Assembly (NCBI GenBank): GCA_047967505.1
Contig: CM106538.1
Length of the DNA stretch: 64,000 nucleotides
Origin: Dipteris shenzhenensis
Lineage: Eukaryota
Direction: 5' to 3' (one strand)
Part shown: positions 22,830 to 37,308 of the stretch, piece after piece
How the letters are laid out: each line of letters starts with the position of its first letter
Position numbering within the stretch: position 1 is the first letter of the stretch
Notes under the pieces: model-generated
The model's database searches: none
What the model was told of the DNA's origin: nothing
The model's input: the letters and a program-made list of their open reading frames with translations, nothing else
Made by a program: the position numbers and the translations under genes

Positions 22830-25800
22830 ATCATGATGTTATGTAGGCCAAAGAGATCAACACGTCTCGACAGACGCCTTTGATGTTGTGCAATGATGGC
22901 CCAAATCTATTCATGGAAAGGGCACTTGGGGGGTGGCCTGGGTAGTCGAGGATGCCGTGCCTGACTGAGTGCAAGGGCTCTATCCAACATGACCTTGCTG
23001 AAGAGGATGGTGGTTGCTGGCGACTAAGGGGTGTCAATGCAGAGGTTGCAAGTGGTGTAGGTGGCATGATATCAGGTGGAGGGACTATTCTGAAAAAATA
23101 AGCGACAGATCTTTGGTTGGATGGAGCGGGTTTGACAGAGATTCGATTCCTCAAGATGGCAAATCCGTGAATCTCTAGCGGGACTAGATTAGACATCTCT
23201 AGTCCTCAAACTCCATAACTTGATGCAAAGGCCCAAAACCCTCTCTAAACAAGCAATGATACCTTCCCCGGAGATCATAGTAAGCGGTGCATCTACATAT
23301 GCAATGCTCCTCTATCTCAAGCTCTCTCCCACAAAGCTAGCATATCGGCTGCTCTACATCCACACGTGTCCATCTACCAGTCTCTACTTGTAGCTAGTGC
23401 AATGAGGTCTATAGTTGGCTGCTCGTATGCTGTGTGGAGGGGGGTATCCATGTAGCTCGTCCGTATGATGAACCCATCCGCTGAGGTGTGTAAGACATGA
23501 CTATGACAGTGCAACATCTTTGTCCTTGGAGGGAATGGAGCTGACCCATGTTCTCTCAATATGTCCATCCTCGTCACCCAGTTCAACTAAACAGATGAGA
23601 CGCAGGGTGGGGCAATCCAAGCTGTAATCAAAAGGGGGGAGTTTATCAATTTGCATGCTATACAGGCTCAACCATATGCTCATGTGGGAGAACCAACACT
23701 CATCCTCCCCTTTATCTGTTACCAACTCTCTAGAGGATGTAAGTGCCAAACGGGGGTACCATTGTTGGGGGAGCTCCCAAATTCTTTGTAAGATGTCACA
23801 GCCTGAAAAAGTACTTCTACTACCATTGGTGCTGCTCCCACAATCTCATGTGGGACCGATCCTTTACTTCGAATCATGCGCGATATCATCATAACTAGAG
23901 GTCTCTCCATACTAGAGGTCCGTGCTGCAGTGTCTAAGAAATGACTATGATATTGCAACATCTTTGTCCTTGGAGGGAATGGAGCTGACCCATGTTCTCT
24001 CAATATGTCCATCCTCGTCACTCGGTTCAACTGAACAGATGAGACCTAGGGTGGAGCAATCCAAGCTGTAATCAAAAGGGGGGAGTTTATCAATTTGCAT
24101 GCTATACAGGCTCAACCATATGCTCATGTGGGAGAACCAACACTCATCCTTCCCTTTATCTGCTGCCAACTCTCTAGAGGATGTAAGTGCCAAACGGGGG
24201 TACCGTTGTTGGGGGAGCTCCTAAATTCTTTGTAAGATGTTACAACCTGAAAAAGTACTTCTACTACCACTGGTGCTGCTCCCAACTCAGCTCTGACAAT
24301 CTCATGTGGGACCGATCCTTTACTTCGAATCATACGTGATATCATCATAACTAGAGGTCTCTCCATACTATCCCATCCATCAATCTGGTCTAGCCTATTC
24401 CTTAAGATCCTACTCTCTGGTATGGTAAAGACTTGGTCCCCAAACTGTTGCTGCATATAAGAGTGTGGGTGTCACCATAGTATCAGAGAGCCATAATTTG
24501 GTGCATGGCTCCTGAAACTGAATATGAATACATTGTCTCTCCAATGCCCCCAAAGTTGTATATGCTTGTGTCATCATGGCCTCTGATGCCCCTCTCAGTG
24601 AGAACCTTGACCCTATGAAGGTAACCCCAAGATAAACATACTCCTGGACCAACTCAATCGCCTCTCCTCCGAGGGTGAAATTGCAATCAAATCTGGTGAT
24701 CCATGCTGCCGAGTTGTTGAACACCACAAGATTGGTTTTCCCAAGTTTCATCATGAGGTATCTGACTCATAGAATGTTGATTGTCTGTTCCCTATCATTG
24801 CATTAAAATCTCCCACTAGCAGGATGTCCCCCATGTGTGCATAGCTCATAATATCCTCCCACTAGAAGGATGTCCCCCATGTGTGTATAGCTCATAATAT
24901 TTTCATACAAAGGGGCATATGGTGATCCATCACATGAAGTGAAACCAGAATATGCAGGTGGGAAATAACATACGGCTCTGCACAAGTCCCTCGATCTACC
25001 AGTCTCAACCTGTATCTTGCCTCTGCATCTCTGTGTACCACATGTACGCGGCATCCCTCAAACTCCGTAACTTGACGGAAAGGCCCAAAACCCTCTCTGA
25101 ACAAGCAATGATACCTCCCTCGGATATCATAGTAAACGGTGCATCTGCATATGCAATGCTTCTCTGCTGTCTCAGGTTCTCTCCCACAAAGCTGGAATAT
25201 GCATTGCTCTACATCCACATGTGTCCATCTGTCAGTCTCTACTTGTAGTAGTTGGTGTAATGAGGTCTGTAGTTGTTCGATGGCCACTGGTATGCCATGT
25301 GGAAGGGGGTATCCATGTAGCTCGACTGTATGATGAACCCATCCCCGTTGTAGTGTCTAAGAAATGGCTATGATCTTTGTCCTTGGAGGGAATGGAGCTA
25401 AGCCATGTTCTCTCAATATCTCCATCCTCGTCACCCGGTTCAACTGAACAGATGAGACCCAGGGTGGGGCAATCCAAGTTGTAATCAAAAGGGGGAAGTT
25501 TATCAATTTGCATGCTATACAGGCTCAACCATATGCTCATGTGGGAGAACCAACACTCATCCTCCCCTTTATTTGCTCCAACTCTCTAGAGGATGTAAGT
25601 GCCAAATGGGGGTACCGTTGTTGGGGGAGCTCCCAAATTCTTTGTAAGATGTCACAACCTGAAAAAGTACTTCTACTACCACTGGTGCTGCTCCCAACTC
25701 AGATCTGACAATCTCATGTGGGACCAATCCTTTACTTCAAATCATGTGCGATACCATCATAACTAGAGGTCTCTCCATACTATCCCATCCATCAATCTAG

Positions 25801-28288
25801 TCTAGCCTATTCCTTACGATCCTATTCTCTGGTATGGTAAAGACTTGGTCCCCAAACTGTTGCTCCATATAAGAGTGTGGGTGTCACCATAGTATCAGAG
25901 AGCCATAATTTGGTTCATGGCTCCTGAAACTGAATATGCGTACATTGTCTCTCCAATGCCCCCAAAGTTGTATATGCTTGTGTCATCATGGCCTCTGATG
26001 CCCCTCTCAGTGAGAACCTTGACCCTGTGAAGGTAATCCCAAGATAAACATACTCCCAGAGCAACTCAATCGCCTCTCCTCCGAGGGTGAAACTACAATC
26101 AAATCTAGTGATCCATGATGCCGAGATGTTGAACACTATAACCTTGGTTTTCCCAAGGTTCATCATGAGGTTTCCGACTCATAGAATGCTGATTGTCTGT
26201 TCCCTATCCTTGCATTAAAATATCCCACAAGTAGGATGTCCCCCATGTGTGCATAGCTCATAATATCCTCATACAAAGGGGCATATGGTGATCCATCACG
26301 TGAAGCAAAACCAGAATATGCAGGCGGGAAATAACATACGGCTATGTACAAGTCCCTTGGTCTACTAGTTTCAACCTTGACCCACACTCTGCATCTCTGT
26401 GTACCACATGTATGGAATCCCTGCCCTCTCAAAAGAATATCCCTACGCCACATGATCCTCTGGTGCCTCCTGGTTTCCATGGGTAGGGTCGGTACACGGT
26501 CTCCCATCTGTATGCTTTGCACATCCGGTAACTTACTCCCCTTGCATTGGTGAGTCTCTGTGTACATAGCAATGTCCTTTCCCCTAAAGGTGTCCTCAAA
26601 GTAACCCGCATCAAGCCTAAGTGATCCATTACAGTTCCATATTGTCATCTTCAAGGTCTCATAGGCCATAATCCGCCACAAAGGTCGACGATTAGCTATG
26701 ATGACCTTATCATCTTTGTACATCACCCATTTCTCCTCTTTCCTTGCTTCATGCACCCCGGGCATACTTTCTTTCATGTGCACTACTTGTGCTGGAGTGA
26801 GGTCATCATCTAAGTAGATTTTCTCACCTTTTAGGGCTCTCCTCTTTGCAAAGAAATCCTCTCCATAGATTCAAGCTTGACCATCATCACTCTAGCACGA
26901 GTATCACTCTTTGCACCCATTCACCATGCATCAGCAATAGGTATATCTTTCGCATTCATTTTCTCGCTTTATTCCTTGGCATCTTCGTGGGGACTACATT
27001 TCTCCACCCATCCCACAACCCACACCCTCAAGGCACGTGCCCAACTTCTAGCTTCCTCTTCAAGAGTGGCATTCATCAACTCCACTTTGATTTCTCTTTG
27101 GCATTCTCTTCTACCTTTGTTTGAGCCTTCTTGGCCACATGGCAAAGCTTTTTATTTCCTTTTCTACATGTATTTTCAGCCCCTCAATTTCTTTTTTAAC
27201 CTCTTGGGGCAAAGTCTCATGTGCTCCCACTTTTTGTTTTCTAAGGGCCTCAAGCTTTGCCTATCCCAATTAAAGTGCATCCTTCAATTTCTTGATTTCT
27301 TTATCCCGATCCTTCAAGCACATATCCAAGTGGCTTTTATGCATTGCCATTTTGGCCTCAATGTCTTCTTGCATTCCTTTTTGCATTTCCCCTCTCAATT
27401 TTATCAATTCCTTTTCCATAGTCGCTTGCAATAGGCGTTTTGTCATGGCTTCCATGACATCACATTCAGCCAGTAAGTATGTTGAAAACTCCTCTTTCAA
27501 ATTGGCATACATGTCTTTCATCCACTCATCTTTGAGTTTGCACATCTCCTCATATGTTTTCTGCTCTAAATTAGCTTGCATTTTCTTTCCATTTTTTGCC
27601 TACACGAGGCGTACTTCGGCCCAAATCAATGCATGCATTTCACTATATAGTGTATCTTGGCATGTCTTGGCACCTTTTTTCACCCTCTTCATTGATATGG
27701 GGTTAGGTATTTCTCTTTATCTCCTCTTGATATAGCAAGTAGACTGAGGAAGTTTTATAGGTGAGCCAAACTGTTCCTTCAGTTTTTTCCCTTTGATAGA
27801 GGAATTTATTACTACTTGTGCATCTAAAAGTTTCTCAGGGCTCTTCTCAGATTTGCCATCTCAAGACAACAACAGCAACAACACATCCTAAGTGAGTCAA
27901 ATAGAGACTTTGAATGGAATCCCTGAACAATGACAATCTTCTAGTTCCTCATGACTCCACAGTCCCCCATAGGTTCGTGAATTGATCCCCACTGCAGCTT
28001 TATAGTTCTTGATTCAAAGGCAGCCTAAACCTTAGAGATGGCAACATGAACCTTAGCAATGGGGATAGGGCAATGATGATGACAACGTGAAGTGATATGG
28101 CAATGATGGCGATGGCCGCCTCGATGAAACCCTGAAAGACATACCAACAAAACAACTCCTCACAGTAGCTCCTCAAGCTTCACGGCAGCTCCTCGAGCTT
28201 CATGGTAGCACCTCAGCCTAGATCTATGTGAGATTGAAGACAGCTCCCTCAAGATCTTGGCCAAAACAAGAAGATCCGAATCTCAAAC
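22830..28288 (-). mobile_element. LINE with ORF1 + APE endonuclease, RT core deleted, internal tandem duplications
   Basis: ORF1 coiled coil (27270-27581) and IYLDDDLTP motif (~26800). ORF2 starts MAYETLKMTIWNCNG...YTETH...GYFNARIG, then is fused directly to NLGKTKVIVFN...YVYLG. CCHC finger near 25150 and 23300. The 5' end abuts (GA)n at 28289-28311. Confidence 0.85.
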
Positions 28289-28311
28289 GAGAGAGAGAGA
28301 GAGAGAGAGAG

Positions 28312-31300
28312 TCTTGCACTCATGAGAGTTTGTGCATAGTTGACACAAGGTTGAGTTGTTTGTAACAATCATGGGCTATAAGCGCTTTTCTTAATATAAC
28401 TTAGCATTTCTATCCAATATGTTTCCATTGTGTCTCCATTCATTCATGTACAACCACAAGTTCTCTTTGTCAGTAAAGCATCTTCATATGCTGCTTGCAT
28501 CATGTTGTAGCATTTTAAGTTAACGCTTGTGCCATTTTAAATGAATTTCCTTCCCTACAAGTAGTAGCACATAGTCTAGGTTGCATTAAGGTTAGACTAA
28601 CCTGAATTCCAAGTAGAGGGATATTGATTATAAAACCGTCAATGTTTGGCAATCACAATATGTGAACATTAAGATAAAACCATCAATGTTTGCCAATCAC
28701 AATATGTGACTATTGCAAAAACAATAATGAAAGACAACTCAGAAACAAGAGAGAGTGAGCATATTGGACCAGGATTGGTCCAAGACACACACTTGGATAT
28801 GAGTGTGGGAATGCAAGGAGGCTAGAGAACCCAAGACTTCTAGAGAATCCCCGTTTGACAAGTCCCTTCGTAGTAAGAAAAAGGATCCTTCGATGGCATC
28901 GCGGCTATGCATAAAAATGAAGTTCTAGGTTTTCAAAGGGGCTAATGATGAGGACCCATAAAACCAGCTACAAAGCTTCTTTTGACTCTATTCCATCAAT
29001 GGGTGCATTTATTGAGGAGAACTTCATAAATTGTTTCCCTTGCACATTGGGTAAGACGGAACTGGTTTCCAATTAGTTATTTCTAGGACTAGGAATAGAT
29101 GAAGGAATCTTTCCTTACATGCTTCCACCAAGATTCATTAGTTTCATTATCTTTTATCATATATTTCTAAAGGACTTTACCAAAGTAGCATCTCCATTGT
29201 AAGAACTCACAAAGAAGGAGGTGAAGTTTTAGTCTTGCTACTACAACATCCACGGCATTAAAGGACCATTCTACAATGACACCCATGCTTTGATAATGGA
29301 GGTGGGATATAATATTTCATGTGCATATTGATGCCTTTTCTTTTCCATAGGTATTATTCTATCCCAACTCGATGGCCCACTTGACTGCAACTACAACACT
29401 ACATAACTTGAGGCACTAGGGATGGTAGATTGTGTGCAAAATTTTCCCCACTATTTACTCAAAAGACCCTTTATAATTTTTGTTGACCAATAGACGTTAT
29501 TGTATCTAATTAACAAAATGGTCATCTGAGGGAGGTTAGTTTGTGGATATTACCATAATAGGAGTTTAATTTTGGATTGTGCATAAGGCAAGAAAATCCG
29601 ATGTTAAAGCGGACTGCCTTTTTTGACTCCCAACATCAGGAGAACATCGAGGAGTCTCCATCAAGCTACTTGATGCCCATTTATTTTAAAATACAAAGAG
29701 ATTCTATAGTACTTACCTAAATTTATGTTTCTAGAAGGCATCCCCAAGAAGGTAAGTGTGAGAACTAGCATTATGGGCATGGTAGTACAACCTAATTGGG
29801 GGATAGATTTACAAGCAAGGCATGGATGGAGCATTCCATCCATGGATGCTGCCCCCACTAGTGATATGTGGTATTGGCAAAGATGCATTGAATACTCATT
29901 CATGGCTATTTCAATGCCAGCGTGATGATTAAAAAAGACTTACAAGCCATGCTATGGTAGAGTACATTATTTAGAGGTGCTCGTTGGTGTTGTACTCAGT
30001 GCTATGTCTATCAGGGCAAGAAGAGTCTTGCCACAAAACCAAATGCCTCTATATCCAAGATTGCCTTGGAAGGCCTTTTAGATTTCATAAAACTATTCAA
30101 GAAATCAGCATAACACATGCAAATCAAGTATGCCATCATATAGTGGCTGACTATGCTACCAATTGGGTAGAGGGTGAGACACAAAGGGAGAACTTAGGCT
30201 AGAGCACCACAAAGTTCCTTTATGAGAAGGTATGCCTGATAAAGTTTCCAGTGATCAAGGCACACACCATGATGGAAAAATTACCATCTTGCTAGAAGAA
30301 TTCATGATTATTCCTTGAGTGGCAACCAACTACTACTCGCAATGCAATGTTAGGCTATGTCTATAAAGAAAGTGTCGAATTTTATTCTCATGAAGACATT
30401 CAATGTCGACAGCCAAGTCTAGGATATCAAAGTCCTTGCCACCCTTTAGGCATATAGAATGACCTTAAAAATCACCACCAATTTAGCCCATTTTTACTTG
30501 GCTTATGAATAGCTTGGAAGCTATTATGCCCTAGAATCCTAGTGCCAAGTGTTTGAGTAGTTATCAAGCATGGATTGAGAGAACAATAGGCCATCCAATA
30601 ATGATGCCAACAATTGGCTGAGTTCAATGAGATCCAAGTTTGAGTGGCATGGGCACAATATGTTATTCACCAATGGAGAGGGAAAACCTATCTAATTAAC
30701 ACATCACCTCAAAAAAGGCATGCTCATTCTGCTCCACAATGCTAAACTCATACAATTTAACCTAAGCTATAGCTGGGGTGGAATGGACTATTCAGTTTAG
30801 TAGAGGTATTTTCCAAAGACATGTTGCAAGGGCACTTGATTCCCAAGTTATTCAATGGACATAAGGTCAAGCCTTACCATGTAACCATCCTCCTTGTCTT
30901 GGCATTGTGGCCATCCAATGGTGCATCAAGATTGCATGTGTAGGAATTTGTAGTTCAAGAGTGCCATGTCATGCCATGACACAATAGTTTACTTAAGTAC
31001 CCACTCCACTCTCGTCCAAGAAAAACACAAAACATATCAATTCACAAGAACAAAATTTTATTATGCATGTAGCAACTTCCTTCATGCACTAGCTCCCATT
31101 GTTGTTGCCATTTCTCCGCACTCCCCAATTGCATGCCTCAAGCTCATTGTTTAGCTCTTCTTTATGGATTCTTTTGACACTATTCCCTTCACCATGTCTC
31201 ATAAGAAACACCATCAACAAACCATGTCATAGATCCTTTCTCCACCCCCAATCGACCAAACGATGACCAACAATGGTCACTTGCATAGCAATAGCCTTGA

Positions 31301-33760
31301 TAGATTTGTGGAACTACCATGGGACACATGGATTTTAGCATAATGGATGTACAGGTGCTCCTCAATGCTAATGATGATGGCGAATACTCATTTATCATTG
31401 AAGGGAGGGGGGTGAAAATAAGCACAGAGTTCATTGCAAAAGTATTCTAGCTACCCTAGACCAACAATAAGCACTCCTAGCTAGTGGCACAACAATGTGA
31501 TATGTACTTCCATCTCCTTCTTCTCAAGGTTCTCGGATTAGTCACACTCTCAATGAATCAAGTACACCATTCTTCACGTTCCCATCCAAGTACATTGGGC
31601 TCAAGAAGAGTATATGAAATGTATTGTAGGCCTTCCTAGCCAAAATAGTTGTAGCGGAATCAAGTATGAGGGTGTACTAGGCCACCCTATTCTACACCAA
31701 CTTTGTGATGTAATAGATGCATTGCAATCTCAAGGCACACTTGTGCATTTTGTAGCATAATCTTCTCAACAATTAAGAAGTTCATTGTCCACTCCTCTTG
31801 TGTCCCTCTCCAACACCCAAGCCCCCTAACCAACTCACACTAGGCAAGATGGCCAACCCCCTGTCAAGTGAAGCGTAGGTCCAAGAAAATAGTAGGTCCC
31901 TCAAGTGTAGCTCAAGGAACAAGCAGACAAGACTATCCCTCCATTGGTTCAATAGGTTCCATTCATGGGAAACTCCTCATAGGATAACATTATGTCCATG
32001 AAGACTCCATACTCCTCAACTGGTCAAGCTAGCAAGGCATAATAATGCATTGAGGAACTCCCAATCCCTTTGAATAAGCTTAGATGGTGCCCCACAAGCT
32101 GCAATATAACATGCCCCCTCAAGAATCATTACATATGGTGAGCTTGTTTTACTTCCCTCTAGAAGGTTTCACCAACCCACAAGGAGGTTTTATGTCTACA
32201 ATGCCAACAAACCAAGTTCCAACTATAACACTCAAATTGGAATCACAAAGGGTAGTGGTTGATGCCTAAAGGAAAGCACTTGAAGCAATCAGTAGTAGAA
32301 GCCTAATTTGTTTTGAAGTCTGTCACTCTTTGTGCTTCACCTCTTAACCATCCCGACTCATGAAAACTTACTAATCTTCCATAACAAGCACCTCATTGCC
32401 CCCAATTTCCACATGATCACCCAAACAAAGGCCTGAAATAGCCCACTCAAGTAATTCCGTCTCCTATCTCCTTATCAATTTGAAACTCTATGATAAAATA
32501 TCGATAGAATGATGCAAGATTACGATAAGAAAAAAAACATCATTGCATAGAGGGAACAAGCAAAATATAAAGTGGAATGACAAGCAATATGCATCCATAG
32601 TATTGCTCGAGAATCTAACAAAGCAAACATTGTCAAGCTACTTCAGTAGCTTGAAAAATTACTTGCCTACCATCACATTGATGGAGTCACAATCAATGTG
32701 AGTATATCTCCAATTAGTTTGCCAAAGACCACAAGAGAAGTAGACTGAGGGCCATGCCAAGTTGAAGCAGATGCAATTGAGGTTTGCTTCATCCATCTAC
32801 AGTTGGCTACCCATGGTGATGCTGACAAATCATCTCCGAGCCAAGCATTTTAGTTGCACTTTGCCCCAACCAACCATCTAGACCATAGTAGCCATCGAAT
32901 GCATTCATCTAATGCCTTCTAAATCCTAGTGCTAGGATCACAATCTGCTACTTGGATATTAAAGTTGCTATCTAGGCACACAAACCTTGATCCCCATTGC
33001 CAACCCCAAGTTGGCTCTAATTTGAGGTTCAACCACACCTTGATGCCCCTTCCAAGTGAGCAATTTCAAGCCTCCCACCCTTGCCTCCACCTATTTAATT
33101 AGCGCTATCTCCAATTTCCCTCCAAGCTTTGGACCACGAGGAATTAGTCCAAGCAAATGGTAAGCCATGAAACATGCATGCAATAAACTTGAATGTGGGT
33201 ATCCTTGGAAGAATTAAATGTGGCCAAGGTGGTATGAAAGTGGTGCATGGAAGAAGTGGCATGTGGAAGAAGTGGTCCATACAAGATTTGAATGTTGTTG
33301 ATGTGGCAGGCAAGTGGTACTAACATGTGCAATGGATTCCAAGTAGGCCCATACAAGAAAGGAGCATGAGCTAGAATGAGGAGGAAGGAAGAAGCTCAAA
33401 ATATGAGGTCACTCAAAATGGTTCAAACAATAGGAGATGCAACCAGGCTCAAAGAATAATTAACAATGAGGCATAGAGATTTCTTGGTTGCTTGAAGCTC
33501 ACTGTTGCTTATAGCTATAGTCATGGGCTGCAAGAACTTTTCTTATTACAACTCGGCATTTTTGTCCATTAGGTTTTCATTGAGTCTCTATTCATTCTAT
33601 AAGGTTGGAAGTGCACTTTATCATTGAAGCATCTTCATATGACCCTTGCACCATGTTGTAGCAAACTCAACTTCTACATTGATGTTCATCCCCTTCTTAC
33701 GAGTTTCCTTTACCAAGAGTATTGACACATTGTCTTGGTTGTACAAAGGCTAGACTAACG
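28312..33760 (+). mobile_element. Old Ty3/Gypsy LTR retrotransposon remnant
   Basis: Diverged direct repeats ~28365-28600 and ~33520-33760. Decayed RT-end (KDFTKVASPL*ELTKKEVKF), RNase H (NYNTT*LEALGMV) and integrase (ADYATNWVE, SDQGTH) motifs in RT-RH-IN order. Confidence 0.75.
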
Positions 33761-33929
33761 GGAGTCTTGAGCAAAAGGAAATATAACAAAAAACCATCAA
33801 TGCATGTGTGTGTGTGTGTGTGTGAGTGTGTGTAGGTGTGGTGTGTGCATTGGAGAGAGAGAGAGAGAGAGAGAGAGTTGGATGTACATTTTTCTCTTTC
33901 CTATCTATGTTTTTCTTGTCATCATTTTT

Positions 33930-34190
33930 GCAGCCGTATAGTTTGTACGGACCTTTCCGTATAGACTTCCTCTTTTCTGCCATATGTTTTTTCTCTTTTC
34001 TCTATACCTTTTCCCCATTGTTAGTTTTGTCGCCATACAATTTATACGACCTTTTGATACAATTTGTATGACCTTTCCGTACAGTCTGACATCCCGTAGA
34101 ATTTATTCTCTATCCTTCTGTACAGTTCGTAAAGGGTCTTCCTTTGCACAGGCTCTGACCTTCCATACAATTTGTACAGGTCTTTCTCTA
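33930..34190. repeat. Cluster of short (C/T)GTACA / TACAATTTGTA motifs
   Basis: Repeated ttccgtac / catacaatttgta motifs, resembling DNA-transposon subterminal repeats. Confidence 0.5.
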
Positions 34191-34514
34191 CTCATGATTT
34201 TTTAGTTTGTATTTCATCGTTTGCAGCTGTACAAAAAAGATGAGAATATCCCTCTTTTGGCCCAAAAGATGAGAATTTCGATGTCCCGTATCTTTTGATT
34301 TACAAATCCAAATGGGGTCATGTTACATATCAAAACAAATGGCAAGGCATGATTTAAATGATTATCATGACCTCTTACAACATTTAATAAAACTTCATGC
34401 ATCAAAATTTAATTTAATGGAAAATTTTCCAGTTTCTTGCACCAGATTTAGAGCAAGGCCGCTCATAATAAGAGCATGTTAGAACTCTATCTATATATTG
34501 AGACAAAAACAATA

Positions 34515-34950
34515 AAATGTTTTCTATGCAAGTTCTTCTGATGAAAATATATAGAACACTTTTACCAAGGTAGACTTACAATAACATGTTATGATCATGT
34601 TCGATGTTGAAGTTTTTATTGAATGATGCACTTCAACTATATACTACTTGTTGGTAGTCAAAGCATTTCTATGCAAGCTCATCTTATGAGACTAAATAAC
34701 ACTATCACTAATGTAGACTTACAAGCTTATGTTATAATCATCTTCAAAATTATGGTGATACTATAAAGCTTTATTAACGATAGTACATACATATAGTGAG
34801 GTTATGTTTCTCTCAAGTGATGCACTTCAACTATATAGTACCTGTTGTTGATAGCCAAAGTATTTCTATTTAAGCTCATCTCATAGAATATAGAGCACTA
34901 TTACTAATGTGCACTTGCAATATTATGTTATAATCATGTTCAATGTTGAG
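34515..34950. repeat. Degenerate tandem repeat, ~2.5 units
   Basis: gatgcacttcaactatata...aagctcatc...gacttacaa...tgttataatcatg recurs at ~34520, ~34626 and ~34820. Confidence 0.7.
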
Positions 34951-35560
34951 ATTATGTGTTGGTAGCCCAACCATTTTTGCTTTGCTTGCTTTTTCTCGCT
35001 CGCTTAATTGGTCTTGCTTGCTCGACATCGCTCGCTTGATCGACTGCCTCCCCTACAAGCCGGTATTGTATTTATTGAGATGTATCATGTTGAATACTTT
35101 GTATCATGTTGAGATGTATCATATTGAGATGAATCAATATGTTGAACACTTTGTAATTAAATATTTATGAATTCATAATTATTCTTGGACAATATTGATG
35201 TTTGGCCACTGGCCTTCATATGCTTGAATAAGTTGTGACTTGCTCCATGATTATTATTATTGTTTATTTTTCTTGTCTCAATTTCTCTTGTCTAAATTTA
35301 AGCATTGCATCAGCATCTTGCATAGTGCATGCTACATTATATGTAATATCTTTCATCGTTTGAGTACATCATGCATGTCACATTGTTACATATGCATCTT
35401 GCATTCATTATCAGATGTCATACTTGCATCTATCACAATGTCATGTACCGCCTGCATCTTGTGTTTAATATGGCATGCACATGTCTCACAAAGGTTCAAT
35501 TTAATGTTGATAGAACACCTACAACCTGTCAATCTATAGACCACACATGCACACACAAGG

Positions 35561-37062
35561 ATGTCACAAGAGCAGAACCATCCTCCCCCACCTGAAGGAT
35601 CTAGGCAAGCAGGCAAGCGTACATTGATGCAAGAGGAGGCCGAGGAGGAGTTTTGACATGTAGAGCAACAACGCTTGCACTTTGAGGGACTCCATTGGAT
35701 AGTAAATGTACCTCTAGAGCACATGCCTGCCACATTGGCACGCATTTGATATACCATGATCCAAGAGGTATGATGCGATCTTGATTTGGGATTGGCTTAA
35801 AAGAATGTTTACACATCCTTTATTTGAGTTTGAATTGATTATGGACCCGGGGCGATCACTTTTCATAAATGTTTGCTATCACGTGAGTTAATCGATGACA
35901 TATTTTTAATTATCGTGACCTATAGATACATAGGGGAGGCATTTATAAAAATTCTTCTACAGAGGGGGTCATTAAAAAAGAGTGAAAAGTATACATATAG
36001 AGACCCTTCATAAAAAGGGAAATTTCTGCATTAGGGGGTATTAAAATTACCTAAAAAATGTATACAGGGGATTTATATATGGGGCTTGAACGCACGTGAT
36101 ATAGGTATTTCCTTAATAGTGACCGCCTCGGGATTATGGATTGGTTTTTTAGGCATGCAATGGAAGGACATCAATAGACTTGTCTCCAAGCAAGAATCAT
36201 TGGAGATCTGGCCCTTGGAGGTCGACGAGGGTGAAGCTAGGGGTAGTCACAGTCCAGGAGGCGAAGAAGGACAATCGACAAAGGTGACACCCCGACATAG
36301 TCACTTGACCAGCATGGACACTGGAAGATTGTGAACCACAAAGATGAGCAAATTTGCATGAACACTCGTGAAATTTATATCGAGGTATATGGAAAGCCTG
36401 TGCACCACAACGAGGTCACCATGTTCTTCACCAAGTTTTTATATGCGCATTTTATTAAGAGCGTGCTAGTGGATTTCTCATCCTACAAAGACATGCACAT
36501 TCGGGGTAGGACAAAAGTGCCAATCACCTAGTCACACCTGTCTGAGGCATTGGAGGGTGCACGTGGCACTTTACAACATAAAGTGTTGCAACTAGGGGAA
36601 GAAAACATTGCAAGGTTCGAGGAAAATCAACACTTGCGAACCGAGCAATCACCCACACCGAGATCGAGTTGGTGAATGAGAATGTAGCCCTACAAGTGCA
36701 AGTAAGGTATTTGGAATATCTGAATGTATGATTGTGACAAGAGGCTATAGACACACATGTTGCAGTGCATGGAGATGCTAGCGGTGGAAGTGCGATTGGC
36801 TCTTTATCGACACTCGCACCAACCGCCATATGCAGTTACACCACTACCGGTGGATGATCTTGACAATTTTGTATGCCCTATATGTCAGTTTATTTTTGAC
36901 AACTCCACTGGTTATTATGCCTTGCCATGTTAGCATAGATTTCATGTTTATTGTTTAGTAGATTACCTTCCTACATCACATCTCTGCCCACTTTGTAAAG
37001 TATAAATACCAAAATCTTTGTACATGTTTTTAGGCTGCAGAGAGGTGTATCTAGGACCATGA
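35561..37062 (+). pseudogene. Two-exon pseudogene ending in a RING-H2 finger, probably a transposon accessory gene
   Basis: ATG 35561; phase-1 intron 35768-36152 (AG|GTATGA...tttag|GC); C-terminus CPICQFIFDNSTGYYALPC*HRFHVYCLVDYLPTSHLCPLC at 36874-36996; several stops and frameshifts. Confidence 0.7.
35846..36132. mobile_element. MITE, 287 bp, 8-bp TSD
   Basis: TIR CCCGGGGCGATCACT / AGTGACCGCCTCGGG (13/15), plus TATCACGTG / CACGTGATA placed symmetrically 31 nt inside; TSD ATTATGGA at 35838-35845 and 36133-36140. Confidence 0.85.
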
Positions 37063-37308
37063 GGTTGGATGTTGTATATTTTTTGATACACTATAATATG
37101 AATGAAAAGTATGTTTCTTTAATCACAGCTTGCAAATTTATCTCTTATTGCTTTGCATTTTTGTGATTAATGCATATTCAAACTTGGGAATAATGGTTAG
37201 AGTACTCAAAAGAATATGTATTCGCATTTAAGAAAATTTCATTTACCTAACAAAATCAAACATCATTCGCATTCACATTTAAGAAATTGTTATTTAATCA
37301 AATTGTCA

